Below the pieces are notes generated by a model. The model searched no databases, was not told the origin of the DNA, and saw only the letters and a list, made by a program, of their open reading frames with translations. DNA of 64,000 nt, taken from Alphaproteobacteria bacterium (lineage in GTDB: Bacteria; Pseudomonadota; Alphaproteobacteria; Reyranellales; JAQSWP01). A program made the translations under genes and the position numbers. Positions 1 through 8,870 of this stretch are shown here, in pieces (within the stretch, counting starts at the first letter, position 1; each line of letters opens with the position of its first letter). The stretch covers positions 343-64,342 of the forward strand of contig JAQSWP010000005.1 of assembly GCA_029266575.1 (NCBI GenBank). The letters run 5' to 3'.

Positions 1-825
1 CGACGCCGGCAGCAGCAGGCTGAACAGCACCAGCACGGCCGGCGCCAGCCAGCCGCCCACCAGCGCGATCAGCCTCAATTTAGCGGCATGCTTGCGCGCG
101 ATGCGAAAGCCCATCTCCTTGTTGAGATAGTTCTCCTGCGTATGCGGCGCCTCGAACAGCCGCACCTTGCCCAGATGCCCCAGGCCGGTGGCGCTTTCCG
201 CCGTGCTGAACGCCGGCATCGTGTCGATGTAACGCCAGTACAGGAACTTGGTCAGCGCCGCGACCAGCAATGCCAGGCAAGACGCGAATTGCAGGGTCGT
301 CGCGACGGCAGGCGCGAAGACCAGCGCCAGCGCATTGGCCAGCAGTAGGCCGGTTGCCAATCCAAGGACCAAATAGGCCGGTACGACATAGGAATTGTAC
401 CAGGCGCGGATCGGCTTCAGCGAACGATAGATCATGCCGGTGGCGATCACCGTCACCACCGCGCAGATCGCCGACAGCAGTCCCAGCACGACCAGAACGC
501 CCCGCGCGGCGTCGAAGAAGGTGAACAGCAGCGCCAGCAATCCTGCCGGCAGATAGGTGACCACCGCCAACACGCCTTCGCGGCTGAGCCATGAGCTGCG
601 CCACTGGCTGAAGGCGCGCCACGCCCGTTCGGGCCGTCCCAGATGCAGGAAGGACGACAGCAATCCCAAGGTGAACAGAGCAAAGGCGATGCCGAAGCCA
701 ATGAAGCCGGTCCAAAAGGATGGCGTCAGCGCGCCGAACGCAACCAGCAACGCCAGCACGAACAGCAGCCCGTAGCCCGCGCCCGAAGCGACGGTGAAGA
801 TGATGACGGAAAACGCCGGATGCAT
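1..825 (-). CDS. Membrane anchor subunit (DmsC/NrfD-like) of the adjacent Mo-oxidoreductase; C-terminus lies beyond the window start
   Basis: The frame is open to position 1, so it is absent from the ORF track. My own translation from ATG (823-825, minus strand) reads MHPAFSVIIFTVASGAGYGLLFVLALLVAFGALTP...LHLGRPERAWRAFSQWRSSWLSREGVLAV..., with several long hydrophobic helices. It starts 10 nt after the stop of the FeS subunit. Confidence 0.75.
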   Translation of the reverse strand, partial: MHPAFSVIIFTVASGAGYGLLFVLALLVAFGALTPSFWTGFIGFGIAFALFTLGLLSSFLHLGRPERAWRAFSQWRSSWLSREGVLAVVTYLPAGLLALLFTFFDAARGVLVVLGLLSAICAVVTVIATGMIYRSLKPIRAWYNSYVVPAYLVLGLATGLLLANALALVFAPAVATTLQFASCLALLVAALTKFLYWRYIDTMPAFSTAESATGLGHLGKVRLFEAPHTQENYLNKEMGFRIARKHAAKLRLIALVGGWLAPAVLVLFSLLLPAS

Positions 826-835
826 CGTCTGGGTC

Positions 836-1573
836 CTAGCGCGACAGGATGCGGTCGAGCCAGCCCAGCAAGCCGTCGGCCGATTGCTCGACGACCGGCA
901 GAGCCGAGGCGCCGGTGCAGCCGGAACTGTTCTGGCGCTGGCGCGGCGGCAGATATTTGTTGGTCGGCTTGTAGCCCATCTCCGGCATCAGGTCGAAACC
1001 GCCGCGCTCGGCCACCAGCTTCGACACTTTGCTCTCCGGATCGCCCAGATCGCCGAAATGCCGCGCCGAGGCGGGACAGGTCGAGACGCAGGCCGGCACG
1101 CGATCGATCTCCTCCAGGTTTTCGTTGTAGATGCGGTCGATGCACAGCGTGCACTTCTTCATCGTGCCGCCGTCGTAGTCGTATTCGCGCGCACCATAGG
1201 GGCAGGCCCAGGAGCAGAGCTTGCAGCCGATGCAGGTTTCCGGGTTGATCAGCACGATGCCGTCTTCGGCCCGCTTGTAGCTGGCGCCGGTCGGGCAGAC
1301 GGTGACGCAGGCCGGCTCGGCGCAGTGCAGGCACGATTTGGGGAAATGCACGGTGCGGCTGGCATCGCCCTCGCCCGCCTCGAAGCTGTGGATGCGGTTG
1401 AACCACACGCCAGCGGCATCGGCGCCGTAGGGATCGAGATCGGTCAGCGGGCCCGACGTGCCGCCGGTGTTCCATTCCTTGCAGTTCACCGCGCAGGCAT
1501 GGCAGCCGACGCAGGTGTCGAGATCGATCACCAGTCCCAGTTGCTTCTGGGCAAGCGGCGGCAGGCTGGTCAT
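836..1573 (-). CDS. 4Fe-4S ferredoxin-type electron-transfer subunit (DmsB/PsrB/SoeB-like)
   Basis: 245 aa with four Cys clusters (CVGCHACAVNC, CLHCAEPACVTVC, CIGCKLCSWAC, CTLC...PACVSTC). No signal peptide. The start overlaps the stop of the catalytic subunit (1570-1573). Confidence 0.9.
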   Translation of the reverse strand: MTSLPPLAQKQLGLVIDLDTCVGCHACAVNCKEWNTGGTSGPLTDLDPYGADAAGVWFNRIHSFEAGEGDASRTVHFPKSCLHCAEPACVTVCPTGASYKRAEDGIVLINPETCIGCKLCSWACPYGAREYDYDGGTMKKCTLCIDRIYNENLEEIDRVPACVSTCPASARHFGDLGDPESKVSKLVAERGGFDLMPEMGYKPTNKYLPPRQRQNSSGCTGASALPVVEQSADGLLGWLDRILSR

Positions 1574-4314
1574 TTGACGTCTTCCTTGAGATACGGCTCG
1601 GCCATGGCCTTGCCATAGCGCAGCACTTTCTCGGGCCGTTTCATGTTGGGCGGGAGATGCAAAGTCGGCAATGCCGGCAAAGTCTGGCCGGCCGGCGCCT
1701 GCGTCTTCTCGATGCGCACCCGCAGATCGTACCAGGCGGCCTGGCCGGTGACCGGATCGCTGTTGAGATCGCCGCGATTGCCGTCCTGCTCCGGCAGGGT
1801 TTCGGAAATCAGGTGATTGAGCAGGAAGCCCAGTCGCGCTTCAGGCGCATCGGGATCGAGGTTCCAGGCGCCCGAGCGTTTGCCGATCGCGTTCCACGTC
1901 CACACGGTCCGATCGTTGACGCCTTCCATCAGCTTCACCTGGCAGGTGATCTGCCCGTGATGCGAGGTGACGTTGACCCAGTCCTCGTCGACCAGCCCCA
2001 TCGCCGTCGCCGTGGCGCGGTTCATGTGCAGGCGATTGGCGCCGTGGATCTGGCGCAGCCAGGCATTCTGCGAGCCCCAGGCGTGATACATCGCCGCCGG
2101 CCGCTGCGTGATAGCGTAGAACGGAAACTCGCTCTCCTCGATGCGCTGTTGCTCGAACGGGCGGTACCAGATCGGCAGCGGATCGAAATGATCGCGCACC
2201 CGCGCGCGCAGCGCTTCCGGCGGCTGGATGGCGCCATGGCCTTCGGCGGCGAGGCGGAATTTCTGTAGCGGCTCGACATAGAGCTGCAGAACGATCTGGT
2301 CCGGCTTGGCGATGAAGCCCATCTGCACGGCGTGATCGAGATAGGCCTTGTTGGCGTGCTTGTAGTACTGCGCGTTATGCGGCAGCTCGTATTTCCAGAA
2401 GCAGCCATTCTCTATATAGCGCTCAAGCTGGTTGGGGTTGGGCTCGCCCGTCCCCGCCTTGCTGCCATCCGTGCCACGCCAGCCCGCCAGCATGCCGATG
2501 CCCGGCGCGCGCTGGTGGTTGGCCAGATAATCGGCATAGCCGCCGGGGTGCGCGTTGCCGATCGGACGGTCGAGCAGCGAGATGCAATCCCACCGCTCGA
2601 GATACGTCGTATCGGGCAGGATCAGATCGGCATAGGCCACGGTCTCGGAGAAAAAGGCGTCCGAATAGATGATGTGCGGGATGCGGTAGCTGCCGTCCGC
2701 CTTCTTCGCCGTCAGCATCTCGGCCGTGCCGGCGCTGTTCATCGACGAATTCCACGCCATGTTCGACATGAACATAAACAGCGTGTCGATCTCGTACGGC
2801 TCGCCAGCCCAGGCGTTGCGGATCACCATGTGCATCAGCCCATGGTTGGCCATCGGCGCCTGCCACGAATAGGCGCCGTCGATGCGCCGGCCGCTGCCAT
2901 CCTGCTCGACCAGCAGATCTTCCGGACCGATTGGGAAACCCAGCGGCGGGCGCGGCAATGGCTTGCCCGGCGCGACTTCGCCGATCTTGCCGCCGGGACG
3001 CACCCCGATCGGCGCCGGCCGCGGATAGGGCGATTTGTAACGGAAAGCGCCCGGCGTATCGATGGCGCCCAACAGCATCTGCAGCACATGCAGCGCGCGG
3101 CAGGTCTGGAAACCGTTGCTGTGGGCGGAGATGCCGCGCATGGCATGGATCGCCACCGGCCGGCCGATGATGCTCTCGTGCTGCCGCCCGGCCCAGTCGG
3201 TCCAGGCGATTGGCAATTCGATCTGCTGCTCGAACGCGGCATGCGCCAGTTCCGAAGCGATGCGCCTGATCGTCTCGGCCGAGATGCCGGTAATTTCAGC
3301 CGCCTTCTCCGGCGAATGCGACGGATCGAGATAGCGCTCGACCAGCAGCCGCAGCACCGGCCGTGCCATGCGCCCATCCGCCAGCGTGAATTCGCCAGTC
3401 AGGGCCGGCGCGATGTCGGCGCGCAAGGCGGACGTCACCGACTTGCTCATTTGGTCGAAGCACTGCACCTGCCCGTCGGCATCGCGCGCGAACAGCCCGT
3501 GATCGGCGCTGCCCGGCGCATGGATGGTCAGCCACGGCGCGTTGGTGTAGCGCACCAGGAAATCCAGATCGATTTTCTGCGCCTTCAGCAATTCATGGAT
3601 GATCGCCAGGATCAGCGCGCCGTCGGTGCCGGGCCGCACGCCCAGCCATTCGTCGGCGATGGCGGCATAGGCCGTCTTCACCGGATTGACCGCGACGTAC
3701 TTGGCGCCGCGCTCCTTGAGTTTGGCCAGCCCAGCCTTGATCGGATTGCTGTCGTGATCCTCGGCGACGCCGAACATCATGAAATAGCGCGTCTGGTCCC
3801 AATCGGGCTCGCCGAATTCCCAGAAACTGCCGCCGATCGAGTAGAGCCCGGCCGACGCCATGTTGACCGAACAGAAGCCGCCATGGGCGGCATAGTTGGG
3901 CGTGCCAAATTGCTGCGCCCACCAGCCGGTCAGCGCCTGGCTCTGGTCGCGGCCAGTGAAGAAGGCCAGCTTGCGCGGATCCTCGTTGCGGGTCTTGTCT
4001 AGCCACTGCGTGGCCAGGCCCATCGCCTCGTCCCACTCGATTTCCTTGAATTCGCCCGCGCCGCGCTCGCCTACCCGCAGCAGCGGCTTGCTGAGCCGCG
4101 CCGGCGAATAGTGGTTCATGATGCCGGCCGAGCCCTTGCCGCACAGCACGCCCTTGTTTACCGGATGGGCCCTGTTGCCCTCGATGTAGCGGATCGCCCC
4201 GTCCTTCAGATGCACTTTGATGCCGCAGCGGCAGGCGCACATGTAGCAGGTCGTGGTCTTGACCTCGTCGGAGACCGGCGGCGAGAGATTTTCGATCGGG
4301 GCCTGTAGTTTCAT
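1570..4314 (-). CDS. Molybdopterin (bis-MGD) oxidoreductase catalytic subunit, no Tat signal (SoeA-like candidate)
   Basis: 914 aa from ATG 4314 (MKLQAPIENLSPPVSDEVKTTTCYMCACRCG...VLCGKG, an N-terminal FeS-cluster motif), preceded by AGGAA. The 42 extra upstream codons in the ORF track are not hydrophobic and run into the intergenic gap. Confidence 0.85.
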   Translation of the reverse strand: MKLQAPIENLSPPVSDEVKTTTCYMCACRCGIKVHLKDGAIRYIEGNRAHPVNKGVLCGKGSAGIMNHYSPARLSKPLLRVGERGAGEFKEIEWDEAMGLATQWLDKTRNEDPRKLAFFTGRDQSQALTGWWAQQFGTPNYAAHGGFCSVNMASAGLYSIGGSFWEFGEPDWDQTRYFMMFGVAEDHDSNPIKAGLAKLKERGAKYVAVNPVKTAYAAIADEWLGVRPGTDGALILAIIHELLKAQKIDLDFLVRYTNAPWLTIHAPGSADHGLFARDADGQVQCFDQMSKSVTSALRADIAPALTGEFTLADGRMARPVLRLLVERYLDPSHSPEKAAEITGISAETIRRIASELAHAAFEQQIELPIAWTDWAGRQHESIIGRPVAIHAMRGISAHSNGFQTCRALHVLQMLLGAIDTPGAFRYKSPYPRPAPIGVRPGGKIGEVAPGKPLPRPPLGFPIGPEDLLVEQDGSGRRIDGAYSWQAPMANHGLMHMVIRNAWAGEPYEIDTLFMFMSNMAWNSSMNSAGTAEMLTAKKADGSYRIPHIIYSDAFFSETVAYADLILPDTTYLERWDCISLLDRPIGNAHPGGYADYLANHQRAPGIGMLAGWRGTDGSKAGTGEPNPNQLERYIENGCFWKYELPHNAQYYKHANKAYLDHAVQMGFIAKPDQIVLQLYVEPLQKFRLAAEGHGAIQPPEALRARVRDHFDPLPIWYRPFEQQRIEESEFPFYAITQRPAAMYHAWGSQNAWLRQIHGANRLHMNRATATAMGLVDEDWVNVTSHHGQITCQVKLMEGVNDRTVWTWNAIGKRSGAWNLDPDAPEARLGFLLNHLISETLPEQDGNRGDLNSDPVTGQAAWYDLRVRIEKTQAPAGQTLPALPTLHLPPNMKRPEKVLRYGKAMAEPYLKEDVK

Positions 4315-4351
4315 GATTCCTGTTTCCCCGATCCTAACACCGATTTCCCAC

Positions 4352-5743
4352 TCATGGTCGCCACCAGTCGAGCGCCGCCAGATAGAGGCACAGCACTCCA
4401 AAGGCGGCAACGGTAAATGGCCCGTTCCAGACGCGGCCAATCTTCTCAGGCGTCTCGCCGGTCAAGCCGCCGACCAGCACCACCGGCGTGCCGTAAGGCG
4501 AGGAAGCGATCGACAAGGCCGATCCGCCGAGCAGCGCCGTCGCCAGCAGCACCGAGGGCAGCCCGTCGGCCGGCATGTGATGCAGCGAACTGCCGATCAA
4601 AGTCAGCATCACCAGCGAATTGACGCCAAGCTGCCCGACGGCAGCGATAATGAAGGCGAGCGCGATGGCCAGCCCCAGCCAGGGCAGATCGAAACGCACG
4701 ATCAGGTTCTCGATCGCATCCTCCGGCACCAGTGCGGCCAGCACCGAGCCGATATAGGCGGCGTTGCTGAGGATCAGCGTTTCGGAGCGTGACGACGCGA
4801 ACTCGCCCATCGGCCAGCGCGCGACCCGCCGGCTTACCATCGCCGGCATCAGCCGCGGCCCCAGATGGCGGAACTGCACGCCGATCCACAGCATGGCGAA
4901 GACCGGCATCATCAGCATGATGGAATCGACCGTCGTCAGGTTCAGCGCTTTGCTGGCGCCCACCACCAGCACCATGATGCCCAGTAGCACGGCCAGCATC
5001 GGCAGCACCGACTCCGCAAAGCCATGCCGCGCCACGGGCATCTGCACGGAGACGCCCTGCGGGGTGCGCCACTGCGCTCGGTCCATCACCCATCCCAGCG
5101 CCAGGAACAGCAGCGAGAACGTCGCTCCCGCCGGCGCCAGCGCACCCCAGGTCAGGCCCGGGATCAGCGCCAGGGTCAGCGCAATGAGGATGGATAGCGG
5201 CGACCATCCCACCATGGTGCATTGCCCGCGCATCACCGCCAGCATCATACGCTGCTCGCGGATCTTGTACCGGCGCATGTCGCCGCCGGCGCTGGCCAGG
5301 GTGTTGGAGCGCTTGACCATGGTGCCGAGCAGGTTGACCACGCCGTAGTTCAGGATGATGGCGAAGAGATGCGCTGCTGCGGTCAGCGCCGCATAGCGCC
5401 GGCCCGGCGGCTGGGCGATGACGTAGTTGCCGCAACGCCTGACGGCGGCAGACGTGCGCGCCGCATCGCGCAGCATGTTGAGCGCCAGCAGGAAGGTGGA
5501 GAAATAAGCCGCCAGCAGAATTGCTTTGGCGACGATCGGCCACGGCTCCGGCTTCACCACCAGCACCAGCAGGCTCAGCACCAGCGCCGCGCCGGTGAAA
5601 TAGAAATCGCGCCGGTTGGCGACCAGCATGGCGACGGCGACGAACAGCAGGTAGGCGGCGCCGATCAGTAAGCGAAAGCCGATCCAGTCGCTGAACAGCA
5701 TCATCAAGGTCGTCAGCACGATCACCGTCAGCAGGACAGCCAT
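4352..5743 (-). CDS. Polytopic integral membrane protein of unknown function (paralogue of 5776-7209)
   Basis: Only the last 463 codons of the 921-aa ORF (from MAVLLTVIVLTTLMMLFSDW...) look like a real protein. It is helix-rich and hydrophobic and shares a PPGRRY-containing block with its neighbour. The upstream part of that ORF is an alternative frame of the neighbouring gene. Confidence 0.7.
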   Translation of the reverse strand: MAVLLTVIVLTTLMMLFSDWIGFRLLIGAAYLLFVAVAMLVANRRDFYFTGAALVLSLLVLVVKPEPWPIVAKAILLAAYFSTFLLALNMLRDAARTSAAVRRCGNYVIAQPPGRRYAALTAAAHLFAIILNYGVVNLLGTMVKRSNTLASAGGDMRRYKIREQRMMLAVMRGQCTMVGWSPLSILIALTLALIPGLTWGALAPAGATFSLLFLALGWVMDRAQWRTPQGVSVQMPVARHGFAESVLPMLAVLLGIMVLVVGASKALNLTTVDSIMLMMPVFAMLWIGVQFRHLGPRLMPAMVSRRVARWPMGEFASSRSETLILSNAAYIGSVLAALVPEDAIENLIVRFDLPWLGLAIALAFIIAAVGQLGVNSLVMLTLIGSSLHHMPADGLPSVLLATALLGGSALSIASSPYGTPVVLVGGLTGETPEKIGRVWNGPFTVAAFGVLCLYLAALDWWRP

Positions 5744-5775
5744 CGCACGACGATGAAGCGACAGCCCGCGAGCGG

Positions 5776-7209
5776 TCACAGCGCGCCGCCCTGCATCATG
5801 TGGAAGCCGACGATGACAACGGTCGAGATCACGATGCAGCCGAAGGCATAGAAGCCGTTGTCGCGCCACGCCATGCTCCAGTTCGACTGACCCAGCATGT
5901 TGGCGGCATAAAGCGTCAGGTTGGAGAGCGGCGACAGCACGCCGCCGATGCCCCAGCTCGCCAGCATCAGGAGCGCCATGGTTTGCTGCGACAAGCCGAT
6001 GGCGGCCGGCGGCAAGGTATGGCCGATGATGACGATCATGATCACCGAATGCAGGCCGAGAATCGAGGTGGCGGCGATCACGAACATCAGGAAGGGAATC
6101 CACAGCACGCCGGAGACGCCGATCTTCGACGCCGCCGCCACCAGCAGCTGGCCGTCGACGGCGCTGGACACGCCCTGGCCGAAAATATTGGCGGCGATGA
6201 ACAGCACCGACAGCCCGCGCAAGCCGCCGACATTGTCGACCAGGCTGGAACCGTACTCGCTCCAGCTCACGCGCGGCACGCCCGGCGTTCTGGTCGCCGC
6301 CAGAATCAGGAACCAGCCGAGCGAAAACACCGTCACGACAATGGCGATGGTGGCCGACATCGACAGATGCGCAATGGCGTCGAAAGCTGCGACCGCGCCG
6401 ACCAGGATCAGCGACAGCGCGGCAAGCTTGAGCATCGCCGCCTGCTTGCCCTCGATCACCACCGGCACGCGCGCCTCTTCGACCGTATCGCCGCGCTTGC
6501 CGAAGCGGTCGCAGACGGCGCCGAAGACGATCAGCAACATGCCGAGCACAATGCCCGGGGCGGCGATGTCGACCCAGCGCAAGGTCGGCATCAGCGACAC
6601 CACCACGGCCATGGCGAGGAAGAACGGCGACCAGGTGGAAGCGGCAACGAAACCGCGCGACAGCGCCAGCGCCATCCGCTTGCGCAATTCGCCCGCGGCG
6701 CTTGAGGCAACGAAACTCGCCAGCAGCGCGAAGCCGGCGAAATTGGTGATGGCGGAAAGGAAATGGCTGGCCAGGCTGAGCCAGAGATAGCGCCGGCCGG
6801 GCGGCAGATTGGTGACGATGATGCGCACCACCTGCATCGACGGGCTGCGGATCGCGGGATATTGCAGCAGGGTCACCGAGGCGAACAGCAGGATGAACAT
6901 CAACGTGCCGCGGCCGCCTTGCCACAGCGCGCTTGCCACCTTGTCTCTCATCGCCGCGAGCGCGATGCCGGCTGCGATCAGCGCCAGCCCCATGATCCAT
7001 TGCGAGCGCAGCACCTTGCGCGGCTCGGACACGATATAGAGCAGGAGAAAACCGACGGCAAAGCGATCCAGCCCGATGCCGGGAAACAGTCCCTCGCCCA
7101 CCGCCAGCACGCAGCATGCCAGGCAGGCCAGGGCGCCGACACGCGCGGCCAGCCGGCGGGATTTCGCTGTCCCGATGTCCTCCGTTGCCGTCTGCACCGC
7201 CTGGCTCAC
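5776..7209 (-). CDS. Polytopic integral membrane protein of unknown function (paralogue of 4352-5743)
   Basis: 477 aa with many hydrophobic segments. The GTG start lies 2 nt after the stop of the upstream ligase. Contains the block IVTNLPPGRRYLWLSLASHFLSAITNFAG. Confidence 0.75.
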   Translation of the reverse strand: MSQAVQTATEDIGTAKSRRLAARVGALACLACCVLAVGEGLFPGIGLDRFAVGFLLLYIVSEPRKVLRSQWIMGLALIAAGIALAAMRDKVASALWQGGRGTLMFILLFASVTLLQYPAIRSPSMQVVRIIVTNLPPGRRYLWLSLASHFLSAITNFAGFALLASFVASSAAGELRKRMALALSRGFVAASTWSPFFLAMAVVVSLMPTLRWVDIAAPGIVLGMLLIVFGAVCDRFGKRGDTVEEARVPVVIEGKQAAMLKLAALSLILVGAVAAFDAIAHLSMSATIAIVVTVFSLGWFLILAATRTPGVPRVSWSEYGSSLVDNVGGLRGLSVLFIAANIFGQGVSSAVDGQLLVAAASKIGVSGVLWIPFLMFVIAATSILGLHSVIMIVIIGHTLPPAAIGLSQQTMALLMLASWGIGGVLSPLSNLTLYAANMLGQSNWSMAWRDNGFYAFGCIVISTVVIVGFHMMQGGAL

Positions 7210-7211
7210 GA

Positions 7212-8870
7212 TCAGGCGCTTCTGGCGGAAGCTGATGGCGCGCCGAACAGGGACAGCGCCTGCTCCTTGAGTTTGAATTTCTGGATTTTGTCGGTGCCGG
7301 CGGTGCGCGGGAATTCGTCGATCAGCACGATATCGGCCGGCAGCTTGTAGGACGACAGTTTCTCGCGCAGGAATGCCAGTAGCTCGGGGCCCAGGAGCGA
7401 CGCGCCCGGCTTCACCGTGACAAAGCCGACGCCGATCTCGCCGTGCCGGTCATGCGGGATCGGCACCACTGCCGCTCCGCTGACCGCTGGGTGCTGCAGC
7501 ATCACGCTCTCGACTTCCGGTGTCGAAACGTTGAAGCCGTTATGCTTGTAGCCGTCCTTCAGCCGATGCAGGAATTTCAGCGAACCATCGGCGTTGAGGA
7601 TGCCGGCATCGCCCGAGCGCAGCCAGCCACCCGACGTAATGGTCTCCGCCGTCTCCAGCGGCTTGTCGAAATAGCCCGCCATGACGCCATAGCCGCCGAT
7701 CCAGATCTCGCCGATCTCGCCCACCGGCATGTCCAGCAGGGTCTCTGGATCGACCACGCGCACGGTGCAGCCGGGCAACGGCTTACCATGCGACTTCAAT
7801 CGCTCTTCCATCGGCTCGTCCAGCCAGCCCCGCGTCACGACGCCAGTGGTTTCGGTCATGCCGTAACCCGATCCGGCGCCTTCCAGACCCAGCCGGTCCG
7901 CCGCCTTGCGCATGACGGCCGCATCGTTGCTGAGAATGCTGCCCAGCCGCAGGCGGGCGAAATCGGGCTTGGAGAAATCGGGATGGGCAATGATGCCGTC
8001 GATCATCACCGGCAGCATGTGCATGGCGGTGCAGGCTTCGCGCTTGACCAGCGCGATGCAACGCCCGGCATCGAAGCGCTCTTCCAGTACCACGCCGCAG
8101 CCATGGGTCCAGAACATCAATATGCCGCTGAGACAGCCCAGCACGCCAAACAGCGGCACGCAGAGAAACAGCCGGTCCTGTTCGCTCAGATAATAACGCA
8201 CGCCGCCATCGAATGCCTTGCGCCAGATGCAATGCGTCAGCATCGCGCCCTTGGGCAACGCCGTGGTGCCCGACGAGTAGACGATCAATGCGGGCCGATC
8301 AGGATTGGCTTCCAGCATCGCGTCGGCCTGCGCGATACGCGCGGGATTCGACCAGTCGGAAACGCCGGCAATCGGCCTGGCTTGCGGGTCGAGAGCGATC
8401 AGATGCCGCAGATCGGGCAACGCCGCGAGTTGCAGCTGGCCCGCCTGCTGTTGTTTCAGTTCGGGACAAGCCTGCGCCAGTTCACCGGGAAAATCGCGAA
8501 ACGCGCCATCGCCGGCGATGATCAGCACGCGGCTGCGCGACTGGGCGATCTGGTAGAGGAATTCGTCGCGCTTCAGGCGCGTGTTGAGGAACACCGCGAT
8601 GAAGCCGCTCTGCGCCGCCGCCATCCAGTACCAGATGAACTCCGGCCGGTTGGGCAGCCACAGCGCCACCGTATCGCCCGGCCGCAGCTCCAACCCCGCC
8701 AGCCGGCGGGCGGCGGCATCGACCTCGCCCTTCACGTCGGCGAAGCTGTAGCGTCGATCTTCGAATACCAGCGCCGTGCGATCGCCATAGGATGCGGCGA
8801 GATGCCCGACCGCCTGGCCATAAGTCAGGCCGAGATAGGGATTGGGCCTCTCCTGCCGCGGCTGGAACAT
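7212..8870 (-). CDS. AMP-forming acyl-CoA ligase (class I adenylate-forming), family member 1
   Basis: Carries the motifs YSSGTTALPKGAMLTH, GYGMTE and GD.G...DG. ATG 8870 shares one base with the upstream stop (TGATG). The ORF-track start at 8873 is a TTG. Confidence 0.9.
   Translation of the reverse strand: MFQPRQERPNPYLGLTYGQAVGHLAASYGDRTALVFEDRRYSFADVKGEVDAAARRLAGLELRPGDTVALWLPNRPEFIWYWMAAAQSGFIAVFLNTRLKRDEFLYQIAQSRSRVLIIAGDGAFRDFPGELAQACPELKQQQAGQLQLAALPDLRHLIALDPQARPIAGVSDWSNPARIAQADAMLEANPDRPALIVYSSGTTALPKGAMLTHCIWRKAFDGGVRYYLSEQDRLFLCVPLFGVLGCLSGILMFWTHGCGVVLEERFDAGRCIALVKREACTAMHMLPVMIDGIIAHPDFSKPDFARLRLGSILSNDAAVMRKAADRLGLEGAGSGYGMTETTGVVTRGWLDEPMEERLKSHGKPLPGCTVRVVDPETLLDMPVGEIGEIWIGGYGVMAGYFDKPLETAETITSGGWLRSGDAGILNADGSLKFLHRLKDGYKHNGFNVSTPEVESVMLQHPAVSGAAVVPIPHDRHGEIGVGFVTVKPGASLLGPELLAFLREKLSSYKLPADIVLIDEFPRTAGTDKIQKFKLKEQALSLFGAPSASARSA

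Noticed and set aside
4315-4440. Possible Tat leader (WRRS) in the 42-codon upstream extension of the Mo-enzyme ORF
   Set aside because: No hydrophobic h-region follows the RR. The extension overlaps the end of the upstream gene region. A good AGGAA-ATG start exists at 4314.
5744-7117. Upstream two-thirds of the 921-aa ORF 4352-7117
   Set aside because: It is an alternative frame of the membrane-protein gene 5776-7209, with an Arg/Gly/Ala-rich sequence. Only the last 463 codons are hydrophobic and protein-like.
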